A stretch of DNA of 63,403 bases, the filler included, from Octopus bimaculoides (lineage: Eukaryota): assembly GCF_001194135.2 (NCBI RefSeq). It is 8 parts of 7 records of this genome, joined end to end, with 100 filler letters (N's around TTAATTAATTAA, not from the genome) between each part and the next. Parts side by side here need not be neighbours in the genome. Positions count along the whole stretch, not along the records: positions 24,702 to 29,436 come from NC_068987.1; positions 29,537 to 56,340 come from NC_068987.1; 6 more parts are not named here. One strand, 5' to 3'. Below are positions 27,313 to 39,103 of the stretch, piece after piece (position 1 is the stretch's first letter; the number at the start of each line of letters is the position of its first letter). The notes beneath the pieces were generated by a model. It was not told the DNA's origin, made no database searches, and saw nothing but the letters and a program-made list of their open reading frames with translations. Position numbers and translations under genes: made by a program.

Positions 27313-27722
27313 TCTTTCTTTTCTTTTATTCTTTTACTTGTTTCAGTCATTTGACTGCAGCCATGCTGGAGCAATGCCTTTAGTCGAGCAAATCGACCCC
27401 AGGACTTATTCTTTGTAAGCCTAGTACTTACTCTATCAGTCTCTTTTGCCAAACTGCTAAGTTACAGGGATGTAAACACACCGGCATCGGTTGTCAAACG
27501 ATGTTGGGGGGACAAACACAAACAAACAAACATATATATATATATATATACATATGTACGATGGCCTTCTTTCAGTTTCTGTCTACCAAATCCACTCACA
27601 AGGCTTTGATCGGCCCGAAGCTATAGTAGAAGACACTTGCCCAAGGTGCTACACAATGGGACTGAAACTATAACCATGTGGTTGGTAAGCAAGCTACTTA
27701 TCACACCGCCACTCCTGCGCCT
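27313..27722 (-). mobile_element. SINE family A, full length
   Basis: Complete head (AGGCGCAGGAGTGGCGGTGTGATAAG), body, internal (TA)n and A-rich tail on the minus strand. Confidence 0.92.
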
Positions 27723-27935
27723 ATGTAAACATATCTAACCATATTGCAATTTATATTTGTGTGTATATATATTTGAATGTGAGTGTATCTATATGTATAT
27801 ATCTATGTAGGTATGTATGCATGTATACATGTGTGTGTATTTTTATATGTATATATATGTGTGTATATATATGTGTATGTATATATATGTACAGATCTAT
27901 GTATGTGTGTGTGTGTATGTCTGTGTATACATGTA

Positions 27936-27989
<54 letters not shown>

Positions 27990-28000
27990 CATATATATAT

Positions 28001-28251
28001 ATCATCATCATCATCATCGTTTAACGTCCGCTTTCCATGCTAGCATGGGTTGGACGATTTGACTGAGGACTGGTGAAACCAGATGGCAACACCAGGCTCC
28101 AATCTGATTTGGCAGAGTTTCTACAGCTGGATGCCCTTCCTAACGCCAACCACTCAGAGAGTGTAGTGGGTGCTTTTACGTGTCACCAGCACGAAGGCCA
28201 GTCAGGCGGTACTGGCAACGGCCATGCTCAAAGTGGTGTATTTTATGTGCT
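28001..28251 (-). mobile_element. SINE-like family D, truncated by gap
   Basis: Inverted near-identical partner of 24714-24882, extending further 5'. Confidence 0.85.
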
Positions 28252-28651
28252 NNNNNNNNNNNNNNNNNNNNNNNNNNNNNNNNNNNNNNNNNNNNNNNNN
28301 NNNNNNNNNNNNNNNNNNNNNNNNNNNNNNNNNNNNNNNNNNNNNNNNNNNNNNNNNNNNNNNNNNNNNNNNNNNNNNNNNNNNNNNNNNNNNNNNNNNN
28401 NNNNNNNNNNNNNNNNNNNNNNNNNNNNNNNNNNNNNNNNNNNNNNNNNNNNNNNNNNNNNNNNNNNNNNNNNNNNNNNNNNNNNNNNNNNNNNNNNNNN
28501 NNNNNNNNNNNNNNNNNNNNNNNNNNNNNNNNNNNNNNNNNNNNNNNNNNNNNNNNNNNNNNNNNNNNNNNNNNNNNNNNNNNNNNNNNNNNNNNNNNNN
28601 NNNNNNNNNNNNNNNNNNNNNNNNNNNNNNNNNNNNNNNNNNNNNNNNNGC

Positions 28652-28683
<32 letters not shown>

Positions 28684-28775
28684 TAAAATAATGAGTGTAG
28701 AAATTGGTATCAATCAATTAACATCAATTTAAACCAGTGGTCTAGCATATTCAAAAAATCCAAAGATTTAAAAAC

Positions 28776-29278
28776 TATATTACAATTAATAAGAGGAATA
28801 ACCACTAAAGTGGATTTTCCTATATGCTAAAGATAGATGTCAAATTGTCTTACCACGGAGAGTGTATTCTCAAGAAAATGTCTCCCTAACCCTAACACCA
28901 TAGTGAAGATCGTGTGGGTGTTACGGAAAAGGCCGATCTTTGGTAAAATCGCCAAAGACACTTTTTACGGAAAAGGCCGATATTTCGGACTCGTATTGAA
29001 AGATCGCCAATAAGGCGATGGCCGAAGACACTTTTTATGGAAAAGGTCGATATTTCGGACTAGTAGCGAAAGATCGCCAATAAAACTATTACCTATGTAT
29101 CATAATTTTATTATTAACACTTGCAAAATGCAAAATGCAAAAATCTGTAATTCTTCATTCTGACGTTTGGTGAGATTTTTTCTTGAGAACACACTCTTCG
29201 TTGTAAGACAATTTGCCATCTATCTTTAGCATATAGGAATCCACTTTAGTGGTCACTCGTCTTATTAATTGTAATATA
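28776..29278. mobile_element. Long-TIR MITE/foldback element (~500 bp)
   Basis: About 105-bp TIRs (TATATTACAATTAATAAGA..ACCACTAAAGTGGATT..CCTATATGCTAAAGATAGATG..CTCAAGAAAA), TA-rich ends, internal tandem subrepeats GACACTTTT.A.GGAAAAGG.CGATATTTCGGACT..GAAAGATCGCCAATAA and a CCCTAACCCTAAC motif. Confidence 0.85.
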
Positions 29279-29387
29279 TATATATATATATAATTATATA
29301 TAAAGGGCATTAACTGTGTATCAATGCCTCACGCTATCGAGGGACTAAATAAGTAAAAAAACTACCAAAAATAAGCAAATTTACCGA

Positions 29388-29431
29388 AAGCGAGGGAATG
29401 CAGCCTTTCAAAAGGCTGCATTCCCTCGCTT
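29388..29431. repeat. Perfect 44-bp palindrome (21-bp arms, 2-nt loop)
   Basis: AAGCGAGGGAATGCAGCCTTT-CA-AAAGGCTGCATTCCCTCGCTT. Confidence 0.95.
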
Positions 29432-29550
29432 ATTTTNNNNNNNNNNNNNNNNNNNNNNNNNNNNNNNNNNNNNNNNNNNNTTAATTAATTAANNNNNNNN
29501 NNNNNNNNNNNNNNNNNNNNNNNNNNNNNNNNNNNNTATTATTATTATTA

Positions 29551-29681
29551 TTCCGCTGAAGTCGACTTTGCCTTTCATCCTTTCGGGGTCGATAAATTAA
29601 CTACCAGTTGAGTACTGGGGTCGATGTAATCGACTAGTCCCCTCTCAAAAAATTTTAGGCCTTGTGCCTCTAATAGAAATG

Positions 29682-29700
<19 letters not shown>
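29551..29700 (+). mobile_element. SINE family B (Nin/Deu-domain-like), 3' part
   Basis: GTCGACTTTGCCTTTCATCCTTTCGGGGTCGATAAATTAA.TACCAG core shared with 31948-32162 and 32288-32600; (ATT)n tail. Confidence 0.85.
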
Positions 29701-29744
<44 letters not shown>

Positions 29745-29762
29745 GTTATTATTATTATTATT

Positions 29763-29990
29763 AGTTCACGGTAATCTGCATTATATCTCAACTCTTCCCT
29801 GTAGTTTAGAGATGCAACACATTCCCCAACATGTGTTTTATTCTGAGTATCGCCGCCAGCTGTGTACTTCCAATGATGTCTGGTATTTTCAACTTCTTGT
29901 GCCAGGTTTTCGTGTTCTTTGAGTTGGTTCCGAGTGCGCCAATCACAATGGGTATCAGACACTGACTGTTGAAGCTCTATGCTTTATACT
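29763..29990 (-). mobile_element. 3' end of RLE-type (R4/Dong-like) non-LTR retrotransposon with (AAT)n tail
   Basis: Minus frame LIPIVIGALGTNSKNTKTWHKKLKIP...QLAAILRIKHMLGNVLHL* is a typical RLE C-terminus, followed by a short UTR and (AAT)n. Confidence 0.75.
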
Positions 29991-30306
29991 GCTTTAAATG
30001 CCAGCTCTTCATACATATTACTTCTATAATATTGTTATATGTCCAGCTCTAGATGCCAAAATCGTTAGCGCGTCCGACAAATTGCTTAACGGCATCCGCC
30101 CCCAGTTCTTTACGTCCTTAGCTCAAATCCCATTGTGGTCAACTTTCCCTTTCATTTTTTCGGGGCCGATGAAAGTATCAGTCAAGTAATGTAATTAAGT
30201 AACTCCTTCGATGTAATTGATATTCTCATTTTAAAAATCATCTCTGGCTAATCGTTCAGAGGACGTTGGTGTTGCGTTGGCGGAGGTTTGCGCTCTCTGC
30301 ATGCTC

Positions 30307-30365
<59 letters not shown>

Positions 30366-30368
<3 letters not shown>

Positions 30369-30850
30369 GAGTGAGAGAGCAATGCATGCCATCAAAGTGA
30401 CACTGAGGTACAAGCATACGAGGTCCTATATACCCATCATAGCTACCCGTCTGATAAGAATACACTAGCCACTTGCATCACAACCATATGTGCGTGACAT
30501 TGTATCAAGATAAATAGCGTATAACCTTGCAGATGAGGCCCAGTTAGAATTTTCTTCAGGTTGAGTAGCTCATCCTGCTCAAAAAGCCCCTGAATGAGGG
30601 TTGTTTAAGGATGATGAACGAAACACCCATGTTTCCAGAGAGCAATTGTTCAAACCCCAAAGAATTCATCTCAACACATGACTATAATGCTTCCCCACTA
30701 CGCTTGCTCGTGATTAAAGATGCACACATCATCAGCCACCAAGGAACATGCTCAACTGGTTAAGATCAAGCAAATGACAAGCAAATCTATGGTATTGAGC
30801 AGAATATTTGCTGTAGCCCATCTCTATATACCAAGACAAAATTATTATTA
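30366..30850 (-). mobile_element. Probable non-coding interspersed repeat ending in (AAT)n
   Basis: Single copy here, abutting an (ATT)n tract. Recognised only from recall as a recurrent octopus repeat; family not assigned. Confidence 0.35.
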
Positions 30851-31947
30851 GTGGCTGTAGCAAAAAAGACTGTATGGTGAACACGTCTGAAAGTTTTGAA
30901 GACAGGCACTTTCCTATCTGACAAATTTCTGTCATCAATTTCTTCAAATATCATTTGGAAAGGAAGGTGTTGGTAGGGAGGGAGGTGCTGCATTCGAGTG
31001 TGTTTATCAAATGGTGGTCGGCAGTGGTAAGACTGATGAGACCGAATGGACCGACTCTGATTATGCTTTTCTAAGCAGAAGGAAAGGAACTGGAAGAGGG
31101 CATTTCCTCCATGCCTTGAGGATGACAGAATAATCCAGGATTTTGCGTGGTGCTTACCCCAAATTGCCTTAAGTGAACTGCCCCGCTATTGTGGATTCTA
31201 TTTATTTATTACTAGTGGGATCTGTGGAAATTTTACAGAACGAAAAAGTTTAAGAGAAACTATTTAAAAAAGAAAGGATGGCTTGCATTTTATTTTTATT
31301 TTGCTAAGTTATTTCACTTCCAGTCGCAATAATATATTATATTATATGATTTTAGAATTTTCCTCTGCTAAACACTTTATATTTTTCTCTTCCTCTCTAC
31401 CTCTTCAACAAACATTTTAACCATGTAATTCCCCACTTCATGTCTTTAACATTTTTGTCTTTCTCTTCACCTTTCTCTCCCCACACCACAGCACGTCATT
31501 AACACTTCTCTCTCCCACTTTTCTCTCAGCGTCTTTTTCTCTTGTCCTTCGCCTCCCCTTTCAACTAACCATGTGATGGATTTGACCTTAGTGCATTATT
31601 AAACTCCTCTCTTTTTTTCTACTCACATTTCTCCCCCACCCCACCATCTTAATTTTTTCCACTTCCACCTCTCTAATCAAAGTATAACAGGCGAACGAAC
31701 AAGCAGCTTATTATATAGATTTATTTCTCAAATTTCTATTCATACATCCTTTGTTACATCCTTTGATATGGTAGCATCTCCCTTTGATCGATGTAAACCT
31801 CACCAGTTTTTGTGTTTATAATTTGTCCTTTGATATTGTCTTCCATGTTTTGGGCCCTTGTGACCAATAAAAGAATTCATGATCCTCCTCCTCATTATTA
31901 TTATCATTATAATTATCATCATCATCATCATCATCATCATTTTTATT

Positions 31948-32162
31948 AAGGCTGCGAGCAAGCAGAATCGTTAGCATGCTAAGCATTCCGTCTAACGTCG
32001 CTACGTTCTACGTTCAAACTCCGCTGAGGTCAACTTTGCCTTTCATCCTTTCGGGGTCGTAGATTAAGTACCAGTGAAACACTGGGATCGATGTAATCGA
32101 CTACCCCAACCACTACCCCTCAAAATTTCAGGCCTTGTGCCTATAGTAGAAAGGATTATTAT
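31948..32162 (+). mobile_element. SINE family B, near full length
   Basis: Head AAGGCTGCGAGCAAGCAGAATCGTTAGC, B-box-like GTTCAAACTCC, Nin/Deu-like core, GGATTATTATT tail. Confidence 0.85.
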
Positions 32163-32279
32163 TACTGCCATATCACGTTGAATGCACTAGTTCTCATCCG
32201 ATCACCGAAATTAAGCAACGCCGAGCCTAGTGAGTTCTTTGATGGGTAACCGCTTGGAAAACCTAGGTGCTGTAAGCAT
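32163..32279 (+). pseudogene. 5S rRNA pseudogene
   Basis: ACTGCCATATCACGTTGAATGCACTAGTTCTCATCCGATCACCGAAATTAAGCAACGCCGAGCCTAGTGAGTTCTTTGATGGGTAACCGCTTGGAAAACCTAGGTGCTGTAAGCAT is collinear with metazoan 5S over ~117 nt, with substitutions in boxes A and C and no T-run terminator. Confidence 0.85.
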
Positions 32280-32287
32280 CTCACACT

Positions 32288-32600
32288 GAAGGCAGCGAGC
32301 TGGCAGAGTCGTTAGCATGCTGGACGAAATGCAATCGACTATCCCCCTCTCTCAATTTTCAGGCTTTGTGGTGTGCTGGCAGAATCATCTGCACGCTGGA
32401 GGAAATATTTGCGACACTTCTTTGGGTTTTACGTTCCGAATTCAAAATTCCGGCGAGGTCGACGTTGCGTTTCATCCTTTCGAAGTTGATAAAATAAGTA
32501 CCAGCCAAACAGTAAGGTCGATGTAATTGATTAGTCAGCCCCCTCTCCAAATTTCAACTTTGCACCTATAATAGAAAGAATTGTTGTTGTTGTTGTTGTT
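32288..32600 (+). mobile_element. SINE family B, rearranged (head + tail fragment + older diverged copy)
   Basis: GAAGGCAGCGAGCTGGCAGAGTCGTTAGC head, tail fragment AATCGACTATCCCCCTC..CAGGCTTTGTG, then a second GCTGGCAGAATC head and core. Confidence 0.75.
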
Positions 32601-32710
32601 GTTATTATTAAATTTAAGCTTGAATTACAGCCTCTCTGCCAGTCTCGCAGGCTACCTATATCTCTATCTATCTACCTACATCTCTATCTGTCTGTCTATC
32701 TGTCTGTCTA

Positions 32711-32811
<101 letters not shown>

Positions 32812-34996
32812 AACGTTGTTGTCTCGCCATCGAGACAAAATTACATCATGTTATTACTGCTGTGAGGCGCCATTTTGAATTAGTTGCCAGCCATAAAATC
32901 TGAAATTCGACTCCCAAATCATTGTTTCGCTACGATTATCTTACGATGCACTAGTTCCCTACGTATTCCTTCATTTTATTCCATTTTGACGCATTTTTAG
33001 AAATGTTTGTTTTCTTTTTTAAAGAAAAGTATATATCGTCTGCCATTCTTTCCAATTTTTATTTTTTATTGTTTACAGAAAAAAAAGAAAGCAAAAAAAA
33101 AAAAGAAAAAAGTTTAAAAAATTGTAAAAAACAAAAATTAAGTTTCCATCTTTAATTTGTTACTGAATTATAAAAACAGACTAGAAAATATCTATGTGAA
33201 ATAGTAGAATATGCGAAACTAATGGTTGGCTTGCGTTGGCATTGCAGTAACGTAATCTAAGAGGAAGATTGTTTAGTTAATATTTTATGTAATCAAAAAT
33301 AAATAAGGCGGATTTACGTCTATTTGTCCACCCTTGTTCTTACCATTACTACCACTGTCTCTACCACTCCCTCTCAGAAATAGTGTGCCTTAGTTTTAAA
33401 TAACTTACAAAATGATTAAAAGTTTAGTATAATGACCGTCGTTCTTTTAAACTGGTGTTTGGAACATTAACATGAAATTTTGACGAACGAATTTAATTTA
33501 GATCACTTTAAAACAAAAAGCAAAAAGCTTGTATCTTAGATGGAGGAGTGGTCACAGGTGGGCTGATATAAAAAGGGTTCTGCTTTAAATTGTTCTGCTC
33601 CGAGTTTATCGCGTCTGTCTCCACTGTGGCTTTCACCAAAGCCTATAAGCTTACAAACATATATTGAACACTGAAAATACTCAATAATGTCATGCGATAC
33701 TCTACGATCCACACGATAAAACACTGTGTATCAGAGTGCACAGTGCTGGTCTTCTACACTGTGAAGGTATAGATATATTAAGTGAATTGCCGTACGCGAA
33801 AGATATTAACTGAAATTGCAATATTAGCTGAAAGAAGAGAATAGCATTCTTACAGCAGCAACTTAGCAACTTTTTACGAAAAGGGGAGATAACTCTAAGA
33901 AATCAATAATTAACTTTTAAAAGCTAATATAAATTAATTTACATATTCAGTGGTAGTAAATCTGGTCCTTGTTTGCTGTTGCTGTTGTTGTTGTTGCCCT
34001 TCTTGCAACTCGAGCAAACCGACCTACAAATTTTCCATAATTTTACGATTTGTTTTCGTAAAATTCGCACAAAACTTTGTGAGTTTATGAGCCCCTCTTC
34101 GAGTTTCTATTAACTCCACGTGAATTGGTTTATCCTCATCGCCACTGTTATAATCCTTATAATGTTGGATTGTTATAACTCCCACTTCGGTATGAAGTTT
34201 ATTTAGTAAAACCAGTAAAGACACGACTATCTCTCTGACCGCCTGCTACGTATTCTGGTACTTCACGTACTTATCTTTACTTATAGTGACTAGGTAATTC
34301 CATTCATCACTATTATTACTAATGCCCTACAACATTATGTATGTATGTATGCATGTATGCATGTATGCGTGTGCTTTTGCCGCCGTCGGCTGAAACACCG
34401 CTGTTTTTGTTTTTGTTTCTGAAATTTAAGGGTTTCAAATGTTTACAGAAAAATTCTCGGTTCAAGCCTTTCCTCTTCTTGGTAGCAGCCACAATCCTCG
34501 CGCACACGCTTATCAGTTTATGCACTCACTTGGCACATCGCATATGTCTGCTCATTGCTGTCACGAGAAAAAGTATAGGAGTTAACCACCGTCATCAGTT
34601 AGTGAACTCAAATAGTGACTGGTATTCCTTTTTACCATAATTCATCTGTCTCATTATTTTTCTTTTAGTTTATTGTGGGGGAAGAGAAAGTTAATTTCTT
34701 GTTCATTTACTTCGTAACAATGATAATAATTCAATTTCAACAATAATCTATTATTGATTTTTGTAGTTCATAAAAAGAACCGTTTCAAGAAAAGTGTGTG
34801 TGGGAGGGGGAGGAGTATGGTTGTAGCTGGAACATGTTTGATCATAAGGCTTCTGGGCTGGGATTGACCTTTGTTTTAACAATAACTACTACAGCTATAA
34901 TAATATCGCATGCACATACAGTAGATACTTGGTAAGAAGTATGTCTCGGAATTAGGTGCAGAGCAAAACCTTTTACATAACGTTAGGGCGACACTG

Positions 34997-35334
34997 TGAA
35001 GGCGCATGGCTCAGTAGTTAGAGCCTCGAGCTTACGACCGCGAGGTTGTGAGTTCGAATCCCAGACCGGGTTGTGTGTTGTGTTCTTGAGCAAGACACTT
35101 TATTTCACGTTGCTCCAGTTCACTCAGCTGTAGAAATGAATTGCGACGTCACATGTGCCAAGCTGTATCAGCCTTTGCCTTTCCCTTGAATAACATCGGT
35201 GGCGTGGAGAGGGGAGGCCGGTATGCATAGGCGACTGCTGGTCTTCCATAAACAACCTTGCCCGGACTTGCGTCTCGGAGGGTAACTTTCTAGGTGCAAT
35301 CTCATGGTCAGTCATGACCGAAGGGGGTCTCAGC
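34997..35334 (+). mobile_element. SINE family C (tRNA head + Meta-domain-like body), full length with TSD
   Basis: A box TGGCTCAGTAG, B box GTTCGAATCCC, TTGAGCAAGACACTTTATTTCAC..CCAGTTCACTCAGCTGTAGAAATG body; 12-bp TSD AGGGCGACACTG at 34985-34996 and 35335-35346. Confidence 0.92.
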
Positions 35335-35924
35335 AGGGCGACACTGCTAGATTGATGAATGACGTTCAGAAGTCACAGTAGAAATAAGAATCATGTTCTA
35401 TGGATGTATTGAGACCAAAAGTCCGTATATATCAAATGCCAACTGTCATATACAGAAAAATTTATATTGTTAGCCGGATAATACCGAGGAAGTGAGTCGA
35501 TTGTATTACGTTATAGAGCCAATTGGCTTACGTGTTAAAAACAAGGAGGCACGTGTATGTTATATAAAGTATTGTCCTATATGTTGTATAAAGCTTAATC
35601 TGACCCACCTTGTCTAATTTGTTCTACGTAACCCACTATAACCAATTACCCTCCGTGTTACCTATGTTAACCCAAGGAACAATTTAAATTCTGCCGCTCA
35701 AGCAACGATACACATGTCGGATAATCGATGTTCTTGAACCGACGAGGGAGCTTCGACAAAGTCACCAAATTTACTAGAAATAATAACCAAATCTTCATTG
35801 AAAATGGAGGGCATATTGAATAATATAACCTTAGATACGCAATGCCTAAGAAAAGGATGAAGAAGTCTTTGACCATGGATTTTCTCTCTCAGAATTGATT
35901 TTGGAGCTAAATAATAGCAACAAA

Positions 35925-36234
35925 CCGGAGTGGATTGTACTTCACATGGTACCTATTGACATAGAGCTTTGCAGACTGGGTACAGCATTGGACTGTACCT
36001 CACTTGGCACCTATTTAAAGCTAGGTAGACTGGGCACAGCAAACGGCAATTCCTCAAATGGCACTTATTTATAGCGAGGCAGACTGGGTGCAGAAGTGGA
36101 CTGCACCTCACTTGACTCCTGACTAAAGCTAGGTAGACTGGCCACAACAGAGGACATTACCTCGCATGGTCCCTATTTACAGCTAGACGGACTGGGAACA
36201 GAAGAGAGCAGTACTTCACACGGTACCTATTTAT
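35925..36234. repeat. Diverged 54-bp tandem repeat (~5.5 units)
   Basis: Units start at 35943 (58 bp), 36001, 36055, 36109, 36163 (54 bp each) and 36217 (partial); conserved CCTATTTA.AGCTAGG.AGACTGGG.ACAG core. Confidence 0.9.
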
Positions 36235-37180
36235 CAGGCATTCTTTGTTGAGGAACGTACTTTGCTGCTCCTGCTGTTGTAGTTCTAGCTGTTATTGTTG
36301 TTGCTGCTGCTGCTGTTGTTGTTGTTGTTGTTGTTGTTGCTGATCTTCTTCTTCTTCTTCTTCTCCTCCCCCTCGTCCCTGTTGTTGTTGTTTTTCATCT
36401 TCTTCTTCTTCTTCTTCTTCTTCTTCTTCTTCTTCTTCTTCTTCTTCTTCTTCTTCTTCTCGTTCTTCTTCTTCTTCTTCTTCTTCCTCCTCCTCCTCCT
36501 CCTCCTCCTCCTNNNNNNNNNNNNNNNNNNNNNNNNNNNNNNNNNNNNNNNNNNNNNNNNNNNNNNNNNNNNNNNNNNNNNNNNNNNNNNNNNNNNNNNN
36601 NNNNNNNNNNNNNNNNNNNNNNNNNNNNNNNNNNNNNNNNNNNNNNNNNNNNNNNNNNNNNNNNNNNNNNNNNNNNNNNNNNNNNNNNNNNNNNNNNNNN
36701 NNNNNNNNNNNNNNNNNNNNNNNNNNNNNNNNNNNNNNNNNNNNNNNNNNNNNNNNNNNNNNNNNNNNNNNNNNNNNNNNNNNNNNNNNNNNNNNNNNNN
36801 NNNNNNNNNNNNNNNNNNNNNNNNNNNNNNNNNNNNNNNNNNNNNNNNNNNNNNNNNNNNNNNNNNNNNNNNNNNNNNNNNNNNNNNNNNNNNNNNNNNN
36901 NNNNNNNNNNNNNNNNNNNNNNNNNNNNNNNNNNNNNNNNNNNNNNNNNNNNNNNNNNNNNNNNNNNNNNNNNNNNNNNNNNNNNNNNNNNNNNNNNNNN
37001 NNNNNNNNNNNNNNNNNNNNNNNNNNNNNNNNNNNNNNNNNNNNNNNNNNNNNNNNNNNNNNNNNNNNNNNNNNNNNNNNNNNNNNNNNNNNNNNNNNNN
37101 NNNNNNNNNNNNNNNNNNNNNNNNNNNNNNNNNNNNNNNNNNNNNNNNNNNNNNNNNNNNNNNNNNNNNNNNNNNNNNNN

Positions 37181-37239
<59 letters not shown>

Positions 37240-37426
37240 AAGTGATAGGGAAAGGGAATGGTAAAGACTGCTTTGAAGGGAGAGATTGCGTAAGTTATAG
37301 GGTGGTGGAGACGGTGGATAACAACAAACAATTATTTACATAGAGAAGGAGAAAAGTAAATGAGAATGACAGTTTAAAGGCAAACAGTGAAATAGAAAAA
37401 CAGAGAAAGAGAGAGGGCGCTTGAGG

Positions 37427-37483
<57 letters not shown>

Positions 37484-37779
37484 GCACAAAACGCGGGAGA
37501 GAGAGAGAGAGAAAGCCATAAAGGGAGTAAGAGAAATGGTCCTTATTTATCGTATTACAGCTCGCAATGTCCTTATAGAATATTTTTAAAGGAGCAAAGA
37601 GATGTGGAAAGAGGTGAGAGGCGGGATGTTAGTGTGTGTTTGTGATGGCCTATTGTATTACATTTATAACTAACCATAGTTAACTTTTCCTGGGGGCGAA
37701 CAGCGAAAGAAAGTAACAGTGTAAGATACACGCCCGCAAACGCGCATACTGTTGCACACGCACCTCTCTCTCTCTCTCT

Positions 37780-37821
<42 letters not shown>

Positions 37822-38034
37822 GATGTGATGGGCTGTGTGTGTGTGTGTGTGTGTGTGTGTATGAAGTGAAAAGAACCGCCCACGAGAGTCGTAACATGCA
37901 TCGGCTCAGTTCAATTTACGTCTTAGATAGCACCTGAAACTATATTATATTTTAAACTAGTCATCACGTTATATGTACACACGCACACACGCACGCGCAC
38001 ACACGTACATTCACTCACTCGCTCTCTTTTACTC

Positions 38035-38108
<74 letters not shown>

Positions 38109-38178
38109 GCGTGCATATTTTTCGTTGACATGAGGTTTTGTAATACTGATTATTTTGTGCGAATATACACGTATGTGT

Positions 38179-38219
<41 letters not shown>

Positions 38220-38417
38220 TGTGTGTGATCTTTGAATTCCTCTGCATTAAGACCTGAAATGTAAGATCTCTACCCTGATGACGGAGGCTCGACTCTTCCA
38301 ATGTTAATTGTACTAAATCAATCTAGTTCCGTCTCAAACCACAGTCCACAAATCAATTTATGTAGTTGTTAGAAACTGGTACTACAAGGGTAAAGCGTAA
38401 AGAACGCCTTCGGTTAT

Positions 38418-38727
38418 AAATGACCAGGAGACTGCACCAAGAGAGTTCACCTCCAAGACACAAGTCCAGGCAAGGTTGTTTACGGAAGACCAGCAGTCAC
38501 CCATGCACACCAGACCCCCTCCCCTCCGTGCCACCGATGCTATCCAAGGGAAAGGCAAAGGCCAATACAGCTTGGCATCGGTGATATTGCGACTCATTTC
38601 TACAGCTGAGTGAGTGGAGCAACATGAAATGAAGTGTCTTGATCAAGAACACAACACACAATCTGGGATGAGAATCGAACTCACTGCCTCATGATTGTGA
38701 TCCCAACGATCTAACCACTGAGCGATA
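38418..38727 (-). mobile_element. SINE family C, diverged full length
   Basis: Reverse complement aligns with 34997-35334 along its length. Confidence 0.85.
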
Positions 38728-39103
38728 GTACTAAAGTAATCTTATTCAGTTTCAGTCCATAGTCCACCGATCAGTTTATTTTGCTATCCAGAATAGATAT
38801 TAAATCTGAAATTCAGTCTAAAACCAGAATCTACCCATTAATTCACAAAATAGGTAACAAATCAAACTGGAAAGGTTCAGCTTCCAATCAGAGTCTATTT
38901 TGGTTTGTCTTGCAATTGGCTCAACAGGAGTCTGAGATCTAATTTTAAATAAAGGCTGTATGTTAGCCGGTGTAATCAACATTTCATTTAATGTTCAATA
39001 TTCGTAACCAAAAGACAGTCACCGCTAGGTGGACATCGTCGGTCTACGAAGGATCGCAGTATACCTTGCTACTTCTCTAACTTTCAAATTTCTCTATTTT
39101 CAG

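Noticed and set aside
28920-29085. Spaced direct repeats resembling a CRISPR array (also the 54-bp repeat at 35943)
   Set aside because: Units are contiguous diverged tandem copies without unique spacers, in a eukaryotic context with no cas genes.
31033-31060. CTGATGAG hammerhead-like heptamer
   Set aside because: No downstream GAAA core or stems; the opposite strand reads GLISLTT, more like a decayed LINE RT fragment.
34024-34224. 66-aa minus-strand ORF in unique sequence
   Set aside because: No acceptor pyrimidine tract and no recognisable motif; cannot be supported as an exon.
34997-35075. tRNA-like cloverleaf with A and B boxes (also at 55684 and the family A heads)
   Set aside because: It continues directly into a SINE body with a TSD, so it is a SINE head and not a tRNA gene.
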